Source: Escherichia phage OSYSP. From it: a stretch of 64,000 nucleotides of DNA. The translations under genes were made by a program, and so were the position numbers. How positions within the stretch are numbered: the stretch's first letter is position 1; every line of letters begins with the position of its first letter. A model generated the notes under the pieces. That model did not search any database and was not told the DNA's origin. It saw nothing but the letters and a program-made list of their open reading frames with translations. The DNA lies in sequence record MF402939. The stretch is one strand, 5' to 3'. Below are positions 41,849 through 49,491 of this stretch, piece after piece.

Positions 41849-41998
41849 ATGGTTATTTTTCGAGCTATTCTGGCAGGTATCTTGGGCGCTATTTTATCGT
41901 TGTTTGCAATAGCTTTCGGTGTTCACGCCGTTATTGTCGGCGCGGGTATCGCCGTTTTTTCTTATCTGCTGGGCTGCATGATTAGTAAAGGAGAATAA
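41849..41998 (+). CDS. Small membrane protein (49 aa)
   Basis: AGGAG RBS; two hydrophobic stretches; below the ORF-track length cutoff. Confidence 0.45.
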   Translation: MVIFRAILAGILGAILSLFAIAFGVHAVIVGAGIAVFSYLLGCMISKGE

Positions 41999-42000
41999 AA

Positions 42001-42213
42001 ATGATCCGCAACGTTTCTCTTGCTCGTTCGAAAGGCTTTAAGCTGGTGGACGTTAACACGTTCGAGCGTGAAGATTGTAAAATCGAATATGTAGCGCGGA
42101 ATAAAAACGCCTTTCGTGTTACCGAGAAAAAATTCGATAAGCGCGGCAACGTGGTCGCTGAAACGGTTAAACATTTTGCCACCTTTTACGCTGCGTTTCG
42201 TGGGGTACTATGA
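42001..42213 (+). CDS. Hypothetical pre-early protein (70 aa)
   Basis: AGGAG RBS; basic; ATG 3 nt after the previous stop. Confidence 0.5.
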   Translation: MIRNVSLARSKGFKLVDVNTFEREDCKIEYVARNKNAFRVTEKKFDKRGNVVAETVKHFATFYAAFRGVL

Positions 42214-42335
42214 AAAGCGTTATCATTATTAGCCTTGCAATGGTTGGCGGTTTTACCGCCACCTTATTTAAAAATGATCCCCTTTTACTGGGGATTTTTA
42301 TGCTTTTATCTGGCTATCTGATTGGGAGGTTATAA
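42210..42335 (+). CDS. Small membrane protein (41 aa)
   Basis: ATG overlaps previous stop (ATGA); hydrophobic throughout. Confidence 0.4.
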   Translation: MKSVIIISLAMVGGFTATLFKNDPLLLGIFMLLSGYLIGRL

Positions 42336-42336
42336 A

Positions 42337-42681
42337 ATGGTAATTTATGAAGGCAATCGTTTTGTTGCTAATTGCCGTCCTGCATTGCTAGCAAATTACT
42401 TAAATCAGCTTTCACCAGCTTATAAGGGCGTTATTAATATTTATGAGGGCAAAGTGCATTATAAGGTTAATGCGGTCGTTGCCCGTGAACTAGCGTTTCA
42501 ATTTTTGACCTTTGCATCTTGTGACGTTCAGGTTATGGGTGAGGCGTTAATTGCAGAAAATGAAGATGATTTTATTAACATTTTTCGCAAGATATGCACC
42601 GAGCGCCTGATCATGAAAGGCGCTTATATTCAATCCACTGCGGATAGTATTGAAACAGCGTTTCGAAAGGTGGCGCAATGA
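42337..42681 (+). CDS. Hypothetical pre-early protein (114 aa)
   Basis: Start at MVIYEGN with GGGAGG RBS (the track ORF begins at 42322). Confidence 0.5.
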   Translation: MVIYEGNRFVANCRPALLANYLNQLSPAYKGVINIYEGKVHYKVNAVVARELAFQFLTFASCDVQVMGEALIAENEDDFINIFRKICTERLIMKGAYIQSTADSIETAFRKVAQ

Positions 42682-42836
42682 AAAAGTTTTTAATAGCTGG
42701 CATGTTTCCGTTGTTGCCTTATGTAATTTGCTGGGCTTTATATGCTCATGGTGCTAGTGTTCCCGGTGTGGCTTCATTTGGTGTATCGGCGGGCTTTCTA
42801 GCTGGACTATTGGCAAGCGTATATTTACGCAAATAA
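42678..42836 (+). CDS. Small membrane protein (52 aa)
   Basis: ATG overlaps previous stop (ATGA); two hydrophobic helices. Confidence 0.4.
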   Translation: MKKFLIAGMFPLLPYVICWALYAHGASVPGVASFGVSAGFLAGLLASVYLRK

Positions 42837-42855
42837 TTAATAACGGAGCGTTATT

Positions 42856-43050
42856 ATGAGCAATAAAATTGTTGTAACCAAAATCAGTACAATGGTTGAT
42901 GTTTTTTACGTGCCCGATACGCCGGAGAATCGGCGAGCGGTCGAGCGTGGCGAGTATGATAAAGTGATTTATGATCACGATGGTTACTATCAACATTTGG
43001 TGGATTCCTACGGGGAGGAGGAAAAAATCACGCATCGACTACCAGACTAA
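42856..43050 (+). CDS. Hypothetical pre-early protein (64 aa)
   Basis: Last gene of the rightward operon; preceded by palindrome AATAACGGAGCGTTATT; acidic. Confidence 0.5.
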   Translation: MSNKIVVTKISTMVDVFYVPDTPENRRAVERGEYDKVIYDHDGYYQHLVDSYGEEEKITHRLPD

Positions 43051-43090
43051 TAATCACGGGGCGCAACTACCAGGGAGTGCCCCCAATTCT

Positions 43091-43113
43091 CAAATGAGAA
43101 TCATTCTCATTTG
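43091..43113. repeat. Perfect 23-bp palindrome CAAATGAGAATCATTCTCATTTG
   Basis: Read directly; same core as the 43447-43608 repeat family. Confidence 0.7.
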
Positions 43114-43128
43114 ACTGCGCCCGCGATG

Positions 43129-43187
43129 GTTAGCCTGCTAATGATTAGGGTGTTACGTGTCGCCTTGTGTGATCGTTAGCAGGCTAA
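43129..43187. repeat. 13-bp inverted repeat GTTAGCCTGCTAA / TTAGCAGGCTAAC with 33-bp spacer
   Basis: Read directly; could form a large hairpin. Confidence 0.6.
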
Positions 43188-43334
43188 CTAATTTTTAAGC
43201 CTCCTCCAATTTTGCCCTTGTTTTAGTACCCCCACCAAAATTAAACGCGTTAGAATGCGATCTAGGACGTTTTAGCGGTATACTAGAATTATTCACTACA
43301 TAGGAATACTGTATATTTATACAGTAGGATATCC

Positions 43335-43416
43335 TGTGGATAAGTCTGTTAATAACGCCTCAAAATGGCTAGGATTCTGTCAAATCAAATCGTGCTGTTA
43401 ATAAGTCTGTGGATAA
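43335..43416. promoter_or_regulatory. Two consensus DnaA boxes (TGTGGATAA) in repeated context CTGTTAATAAGTCTG
   Basis: Exact reverse-complement matches to TTATCCACA at 43335-43343 and 43408-43416. Confidence 0.55.
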
Positions 43417-43446
43417 CTTAAATAACAGTGTTTCTCACTTCCATTC

Positions 43447-43608
43447 TTAAATGAGAATCATTATCATTCGCAGTCCACTGTCTAACCGATAATCATTTCC
43501 TTTCTTAAATGAGAATCATTTCACTTTTTGAATAGTTCTCATTTCCTTTCTTAAATGAGAATAATTATCATTCGCATTCCACTTCTTAAATGATAATGAT
43601 TCTCATTC
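43447..43608. repeat. Five copies of 24-bp motif CTTAAATGAGAATCATTATCATTCG (one inverted), Fur-box-like
   Basis: Copies at 43447, 43504, 43550 and inverted at 43584, plus palindrome at 43091; core matches 15 of 19 positions of the E. coli Fur box GATAATGATAATCATTATC. Confidence 0.6.
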
Positions 43609-43637
43609 AAAGTCGCAGGGCAATTGCCCTGCGCTTT

Positions 43638-44239
43638 TGTGCAAATCCGACATTGCTCCACGGGTGTTACGTGCGGGCATGTATGTGCGAATCCGACAAT
43701 TTTTGGTAGTGTGCGAATCCGACCCTAAAAACTTTTGTGATGTGCGAATCCAACAATGAATTTTCCCAAAAACTCCAGCAATCACGAACTGCGTTCGAAT
43801 CCTGTGGGATATGTGCAAATCCGACACGGTTTTTCTAGGATTAAGATGTGCAAATCCGACAAGATTTTTGTGACTTCGATGAGAGGGTGTGTGATTGTAT
43901 AGGTTTGAGGAGAAGATGAGAGAGCGAGAAAAGTTTGGGAGGCTAGAAGGATGCGGGCGCAGGATTGGTGCGGAGCACCTGATTTGCGGGGATTTTGGGG
44001 AAGAGTTGAGATAATTTGGGAAGATTTGAGATAGGTGCAGAAAAAGTAAAATTTTATTAGCAAAATGGGGCAAAATAGCTTGACAAGTGAAAATTTCTGT
44101 GGCTCTAAAAACTCAGGCAATCATGGGCCTTCGGCCCGAAATAATGCTGCCATTTTCAAGAGATTATATGTTCCTAAAAACTTAGGCGTTTGTGCAAATC
44201 CGACCATAAATTTCTAGGAACACAATGTACAAATCCGAC
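43638..44239. repeat. Nine direct copies of 15-bp motif TGTGCRAATCCGACA
   Basis: Copies starting near 43638, 43684, 43711, 43741, 43812, 43847, 44190, 44225 and a degenerate one at 43785; motif has partial dyad symmetry. Confidence 0.65.
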
Positions 44240-44280
44240 AGTAATTTCTGGAAATGTGTTTTCAAAAAATGTCTCCTAGA

Positions 44281-44340
44281 AATAACCGCCCTCCCTATAA
44301 CCGCCCTGTATTAACCGCCCTGTATTAACCGCCTATTGCT
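44281..44340. repeat. Four tandem copies of about 14 bp AACCGCCCTNTATT
   Basis: ATAACCGCCCTCCCTATAACCGCCCTGTATTAACCGCCCTGTATTAACCGCCTATT read directly. Confidence 0.6.
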
Positions 44341-44761
44341 AGAGTTTCTAGGAATATGAAAACCGCCTGAGTTGACTAGAGAAACAGATTTAAAGTTTAA
44401 TGTAAACTCTAGAGTTAGTGCTCAACTATTCCTAGAAACTTAGGAGTCTAGAAGAAAGTGTTGTGCCATCCTAGCAGATGAGCGGCAACAGGTGTATCAT
44501 CTTGAACACAAATATTGCCTTTAAATATTTTTAGTTATTTAAAAGTAAATATACCCCCATTTCATGAGAGCTTACTCGTGGGGCGCGTGAGTATTACGGA
44601 AGACTTAGTAATTAGATCTATACTCGTGCTGTCGCAACGTATAGACGTAATACTAAGTGTAATAATCATCGCCCCTAGAGTTCAAAACAAGAGTTGTTTT
44701 TAATCTATGAGATTATTATAACATGTGCCGCAATGAGTTGTCAAGAAGATTTTGTTAATGT

Positions 44762-45118
44762 TTATACATCTCCTTCGAAATTGGTATTGGGATCGTAAAT
44801 CTTTTTGGCTCCTGTATTTAATAGGAATCGTTCTGCAAGTTGTGGGTGAATATCAAAGAACTCTGTACATCCTTCGAATCCCTTTAAATTACAGCGGTAT
44901 TTCTTAAAGTAGATATGAGCAGCGGCTTCTAGATCTCTAGGGTTATGGGTTTCATAGATTCCATACACATATAAATCGTCAAAACCTCGATAGACTATCT
45001 TATCTAAGTTTAGAGTTTGAATCCTATTATGTGGATTCATGCTAATACCGATCTTTGTTCTCTTAGGGATCTTTGTCAGATCCCTGTTCGCAAGAATATA
45101 TACTTTATATAGTGACAT
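44762..45118 (-). CDS. Possible GIY-YIG-like (T5orf172-type) domain protein
   Basis: 118 aa; N-terminal YKVYIL...KIGIS pattern reminiscent of GIY-YIG-like folds; weak assignment. Confidence 0.4.
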   Translation of the reverse strand: MSLYKVYILANRDLTKIPKRTKIGISMNPHNRIQTLNLDKIVYRGFDDLYVYGIYETHNPRDLEAAAHIYFKKYRCNLKGFEGCTEFFDIHPQLAERFLLNTGAKKIYDPNTNFEGDV

Positions 45119-45836
45119 TCTTTCTAGCCTTTAGATAGATTCCTTTAGATGCTAAATAAATATATGTAGCAAGGAATGAAGATGTAGATCCTGTTTCTTC
45201 AAGAGTAATAGATCCCTTTGCATAACGCTTGGTTCTAGGAGCCTGGTTAAGCACAAGCGCAGTGAGACTACCTAATCCTAGAGCATCCATTAGACGTTTG
45301 AAGGAGTCCTTTTCATCATGGATAGCGTATAGGATATAATCTTCCGCTGTAGTAAGTTCTATGTCACGATGATGTGCCACTGCAATCCGTGCTACTACAG
45401 CTCCAATCGTTCTATAAATATCTTCAAACGTGATACTAGTTTCAAATGCTAACGCTGGAAGATGATCGAACTTACATTTCTTAGGCGGAATGTATAATTG
45501 TTCTGGATATGCTTCTAATGCTTCTCTAGCGGATGTTTCTCTATAAGCCGGGAGAGGTTCATCAATGATAACATGGATATAGTTTCCCATGTGACCTTTA
45601 GCAGTGGGGTCTAAAGACTTGAGGAGTTTATTCATATCAACGTAAGAATAAGCAAGGTCGGCTTTTGCTGCTTTGTTATCATACTTAATCTTACCACCCT
45701 CCCATCTAGCTGGGAACATTTCGCAAACAAACATTACTGCATGTTTCTCTTCAGTGGTTAAATCAGAGAAACAGCGATGATCAGCCCCCTTAGCGAGGGC
45801 TAGAATATTCTTAAACTTTACAGCCAAATCTTTCAT
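45105..45836 (-). CDS. Hypothetical early protein (243 aa)
   Basis: Co-directional, overlapping early gene array; no motif recognised. Confidence 0.5.
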   Translation of the reverse strand: MKDLAVKFKNILALAKGADHRCFSDLTTEEKHAVMFVCEMFPARWEGGKIKYDNKAAKADLAYSYVDMNKLLKSLDPTAKGHMGNYIHVIIDEPLPAYRETSAREALEAYPEQLYIPPKKCKFDHLPALAFETSITFEDIYRTIGAVVARIAVAHHRDIELTTAEDYILYAIHDEKDSFKRLMDALGLGSLTALVLNQAPRTKRYAKGSITLEETGSTSSFLATYIYLASKGIYLKARKNVTI

Positions 45837-46456
45837 TAATTACCTCTCTTATCTTCATTAATGACAGCTCCCAACGCTTCCATAATTGCATCTTCTAAAC
45901 TTCCATGTTTACTAGGATTATTAAAATGAATAGTACAAACAGAACCCCTAGAAACTCCAGCATCCGCAGGTGCTACGCTTCGCATATCAGATTCAAAAGC
46001 TTCTTGGGTATGTTGCAACTGTACAGAAGGGCCGTAATCTTCACCAAACTTATATGACTTCGTACTACTTACCACACCCCCACAAGGAACATTGTGCATA
46101 TCCGACATTAATCTTTTATCGGAGTTATTCAGCATTGAGATTGTCCCTGACTGCCATGGATCTCTAATAGTCACTGGAGTACTAGGGCGGTTCACCTCAG
46201 TCTTCACAAGTTTGTACCCTGCATCGATTAGTGCATTAATCAGGTTATCCGCCGGGATGCGAGCCGTACCAAAAATCTTACGAGCGTTGTTGAGCCTACC
46301 TTCAAAATCTTTACATGCTTTAATATTAGTGTGTGCAAAGGTTAGCTTCATAGATTTGAACTGTACAGTGGCAGTTAAATCTTTAAAGCTATAATCCCAC
46401 GTATTCAGTTCATGATCTGGTACTACTTGAATAGATTGTTGTGCATATAAAGTCAT
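45836..46456 (-). CDS. Hypothetical early protein (206 aa)
   Basis: Co-directional early gene array; no motif recognised. Confidence 0.5.
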   Translation of the reverse strand: MTLYAQQSIQVVPDHELNTWDYSFKDLTATVQFKSMKLTFAHTNIKACKDFEGRLNNARKIFGTARIPADNLINALIDAGYKLVKTEVNRPSTPVTIRDPWQSGTISMLNNSDKRLMSDMHNVPCGGVVSSTKSYKFGEDYGPSVQLQHTQEAFESDMRSVAPADAGVSRGSVCTIHFNNPSKHGSLEDAIMEALGAVINEDKRGN

Positions 46457-46641
46457 TATTTATTCCCCAGTTTGTCTAACAGCTTATGAGCTGCTAGATT
46501 ATATTGTTTAAGTTCACGATTAAGAATTTGGTTCTCACACTTTAACTCTAAATTCTTATTATTAAGAATATTGCAGATTAGTAGAAGTGCTAGTATAACT
46601 AGCAGAGAACCTACGAGCATTAAAAGAAAAAGAGTTTCCAT
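46456..46641 (-). CDS. Small membrane protein (61 aa)
   Basis: N-terminal TM helix then coiled coil. Confidence 0.45.
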   Translation of the reverse strand: METLFLLMLVGSLLVILALLLICNILNNKNLELKCENQILNRELKQYNLAAHKLLDKLGNK

Positions 46642-46874
46642 TATTTAACTCCCATGTAACGTTTGAGATATATGATGAAGTCTTCTGCTGTATGCTCTAC
46701 GCTACCTTGAGCTACAAATAGCTTGAGGGCTTCACGTTGTAGTTTAAGAGCAGCCAACTCACCACGTAATTTTATTAGATCTTCTGCTAGTTCTCTAGCT
46801 CTACGCATAATAGCAAAAGATACAAGTACTACGATGAATAACATAACTACTAAAATAATTGCTATGATTTCCAT
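46641..46874 (-). CDS. Small membrane protein (77 aa)
   Basis: N-terminal TM helix IIAIILVVMLFIVVLVSFAI then coiled coil. Confidence 0.45.
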   Translation of the reverse strand: MEIIAIILVVMLFIVVLVSFAIMRRARELAEDLIKLRGELAALKLQREALKLFVAQGSVEHTAEDFIIYLKRYMGVK

Positions 46875-47152
46875 ATTAACATCCAGCTTTTATCACACAT
46901 TTGGGCATGATCTATCAGTTCATTCATTGATGTATTGTTATCATAAATGCACTCTAGTATATACCTTCTGTCAAATTCGTCAACCAAATATTCTACATTA
47001 TTTATTACTACTTTATACAGATCTGGGACTAGAGAGCATGTATTTGGTATGGGGCGACTGCTTAAGTCTATTTCATTATAGCCCCATGTTGTTTTAAATA
47101 GTTTGTTACTAAGTGCTGCTAATGGATTTGACCATATAATATAGCTACTCAC
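46862..47152 (-). CDS. Hypothetical early protein (96 aa)
   Basis: Overlapping gene array. Confidence 0.45.
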   Translation of the reverse strand: MSSYIIWSNPLAALSNKLFKTTWGYNEIDLSSRPIPNTCSLVPDLYKVVINNVEYLVDEFDRRYILECIYDNNTSMNELIDHAQMCDKSWMLIWKS

Positions 47153-47591
47153 TATTTATCTCCATTCTTAACTTTGAAAACTTATTATACCAAACTATAT
47201 GATTATCGTCAATTACAAATTTATGATAACATGCTGGTACGGTATAAGTTCCATAATCCGTGACACGCTGCACAACCTTGTGTACACACAGTCGACAACC
47301 ATGCCCTTCTAAATGAGATCTAGCAGTCTGCCAGTAATAACCATCATGATCTGGACAATAAATCTCGACTTGTTGCTGCATTGTTTTATAATTTACACGC
47401 TCATACCCAAAGAAAGCTCCATGAGCTGCAACGGCTTTCTTGATAAATATAAGGTTTAGTGCTTCTTGTTGAAAGTCGGGGTGTAGCTGCTTAATCTTAG
47501 TTCTATTAATAGACCCATCCGATTTTACGAATCTATTTATAGGGAAGTTGTTAGCTTCCTCGATTAATAATTCATTTACTTTTTCTCTCAT
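47145..47591 (-). CDS. Cys/His-rich hypothetical protein, possible zinc-binding nuclease
   Basis: Start moved to MREKVNE (1 nt after upstream stop); CPDHDGYY...HLEGHGCRLCVH. Confidence 0.45.
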   Translation of the reverse strand: MREKVNELLIEEANNFPINRFVKSDGSINRTKIKQLHPDFQQEALNLIFIKKAVAAHGAFFGYERVNYKTMQQQVEIYCPDHDGYYWQTARSHLEGHGCRLCVHKVVQRVTDYGTYTVPACYHKFVIDDNHIVWYNKFSKLRMEINSE

Positions 47592-47592
47592 A

Positions 47593-47796
47593 CTAAATAG
47601 TCTCACAGCTAAGGTGGAAACATTCGTAAGCATCTCCAGTAAACTCTTTATCTTGTAGTATACACTTAGCCTGGTCTTCCGGTACTCCAACATCTAATAA
47701 TTGTTGTTTACTTGGCTTTTCAGCGAATACTTTTACAAAATACTCACCATCCTGATTATACTCATTTATATCTCTAGTAAGGACATACACTTGCAT
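47593..47796 (-). CDS. Hypothetical early protein (67 aa)
   Basis: ORF followed by downstream gene start 1 nt after its stop. Confidence 0.45.
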   Translation of the reverse strand: MQVYVLTRDINEYNQDGEYFVKVFAEKPSKQQLLDVGVPEDQAKCILQDKEFTGDAYECFHLSCETI

Positions 47797-47812
47797 TTGA
47801 AGTTCCTTGAAA

Positions 47813-47844
47813 ACACAAAAGGCCAGAACAATTAAGTCCTGGCC
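47813..47844 (-). terminator. Rho-independent terminator
   Basis: Hairpin GGCCAG-loop-CTGGCC followed on the - strand by TTTTGTGTTTT. Confidence 0.6.
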
Positions 47845-47852
47845 TCCTAAAA

Positions 47853-48224
47853 TTAATGAAGTTGTTTACCACTTCTTAACATAGTGGCCGTTTCCATAAG
47901 ACCTAGCGTAGCATCACGCTTATTGATCTGTTTACCAAGTTCATCAGTACGTTTACTGATGTAAGCATTAATAGCCATATTCATAGCTGTAGCGAGATCT
48001 TCTTTGGTTATCTCTTCATCGTCTAAAGCTAATTTAGCCAAAGAATCAAATGTGCTAGAGAGTCCTATAAGATCTGAGGTTTCTCCCGCCAAAATAGGAT
48101 TAATATTATCTACTGTTACTTCTAGCATGGAGTTGACAATATCTTCACCGTCTATTAGACCAGTTTCAATATTACTCTCCCACTCCTTCATCTGCTCCAA
48201 TAATGGATTTTTCTTTTCTGTCAT
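47853..48224 (-). CDS. Hypothetical early protein (about 123 aa)
   Basis: Start placed at MTEKKNP with AGGAAA RBS; the track ORF extends to 48290. Confidence 0.45.
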   Translation of the reverse strand: MTEKKNPLLEQMKEWESNIETGLIDGEDIVNSMLEVTVDNINPILAGETSDLIGLSSTFDSLAKLALDDEEITKEDLATAMNMAINAYISKRTDELGKQINKRDATLGLMETATMLRSGKQLH

Positions 48225-48633
48225 GGTAGAGGTTTCCTGTGTCAGTCGGTAAGAAGGATGATTGCGTTTTAGGTGGATGTTGCTTAGCAATCCAGTTAAG
48301 AATCAGCACGCGACTAGGAACAATATCGGTGTTATACCAAAAATCGTGAACCCATTGACGAGCATCTTCAAACTTACCAAATTTATATGCTTTCTTAAAC
48401 AATTCAAATCCAAAACAATCTGGTGTAAAGTCTACTTCGCGATATTGAATTACTTTAGAACCAGTTAGGTCTTGGATCGCTGCATTAATTTCTGTATGCG
48501 AGAATTTTGTTTCATGAAACTTATTAAAGAATCGGTAGTTGAAGCGTCCGTTCGTTTCGACAAACAACTGGATGAAGAGATCGTTAAATTGGTTATCAAA
48601 CCAGTAATTCTGTAGTTGTTGTAGTGCTGTCAT
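48172..48633 (-). CDS. Hypothetical early protein (153 aa)
   Basis: ORF in early array; 3' end overlaps next gene. Confidence 0.45.
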   Translation of the reverse strand: MTALQQLQNYWFDNQFNDLFIQLFVETNGRFNYRFFNKFHETKFSHTEINAAIQDLTGSKVIQYREVDFTPDCFGFELFKKAYKFGKFEDARQWVHDFWYNTDIVPSRVLILNWIAKQHPPKTQSSFLPTDTGNLYHDRKEKSIIGADEGVGE

Positions 48634-48830
48634 TTACGAACTCCGTTAATTTCCACGATGATGCCTTCGTACATAAAAGGAAGTAGTTCAGAAGTGTAGA
48701 AGATATTTTCCGTTATTCCTAGATGTCGAAAAAGTATATTAAATAATGCTGTTAGAAATACAATCTGAGGCAGTAATACAAAATACTCAGTTATAATCTT
48801 TGGTGCCTGATAAACAAGACGTTTTACCAT
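48630..48830 (-). CDS. Small membrane protein (66 aa)
   Basis: Hydrophobic helix; ATGA overlap with downstream gene. Confidence 0.4.
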   Translation of the reverse strand: MVKRLVYQAPKIITEYFVLLPQIVFLTALFNILFRHLGITENIFYTSELLPFMYEGIIVEINGVRK

Positions 48831-48929
48831 TGTTTTTAAGTCTCCTTATTACTTTGGCCTGCTCCACAATAATGAAAACTGCGAGCACTAATAGTGCTAT
48901 TAGTCCCGCAGTAATTGGTACTAAATCAA

Positions 48930-49256
48930 TCATGGTAGACGCCATACGTAATTAGCTGTCTGTAGGATCTTAGGTGTGTCATTATGATACATTACTACAG
49001 ACTTTGGTGAGTAGCTATCAGCTAGTTCTTTACGAATCATTTCACACTCTTCACCAGTATCAATATTTTTAACTATCACTTTCATATTAAGTGGTGTTAA
49101 TACAGAAAGTGGTTTCCAGGAATCCTCAATTTCAATCCCTACCTTTTTCTCGATTAACATGAGAACTTCTAATGTATCATCCGGAATACTTATATTATTA
49201 TTCACAAACTGTAATATCTCATGTAAGGTATTTAATTCATTAAAATTAAGCTTCAT
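48930..49256 (-). CDS. Hypothetical early protein (108 aa)
   Basis: ORF in early array. Confidence 0.45.
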   Translation of the reverse strand: MKLNFNELNTLHEILQFVNNNISIPDDTLEVLMLIEKKVGIEIEDSWKPLSVLTPLNMKVIVKNIDTGEECEMIRKELADSYSPKSVVMYHNDTPKILQTANYVWRLP

Positions 49257-49491
49257 CTTTAAGAATGTCCTCTACCATTTCACAAGACTGTTGCAATTCA
49301 TCAGCAATACGTTTAATATCGGTTTTTGTTACTTTACCAACTAACATCACCAGTAGCATAGAAAAGATAATAAGTGGAACTGGAATAACAAATAAAGCTA
49401 CCTTAACAACATTCTTTGGTGCCCATGTGTGGTACTTGGTAACCAGTACACCAACCACAATCAAATAAAACGCTAGAATAAACATCATCAT
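49246..49491 (-). CDS. Small membrane protein (81 aa)
   Basis: Two TM helices. Confidence 0.45.
   Translation of the reverse strand: MMMFILAFYLIVVGVLVTKYHTWAPKNVVKVALFVIPVPLIIFSMLLVMLVGKVTKTDIKRIADELQQSCEMVEDILKDEA

Noticed and set aside
43603-44120. ORFs 43603..44073 and 43782..44120 on the - strand
   Set aside because: They span the 15-bp repeat array, have no ribosome-binding site and give low-complexity products; the region is better explained as non-coding repeat DNA.
43440-44240. Possible CRISPR array
   Set aside because: Repeats are 15-24 bp with irregular spacing, belong to at least two unrelated families, one copy is inverted, and there are no cas genes; not CRISPR-like.
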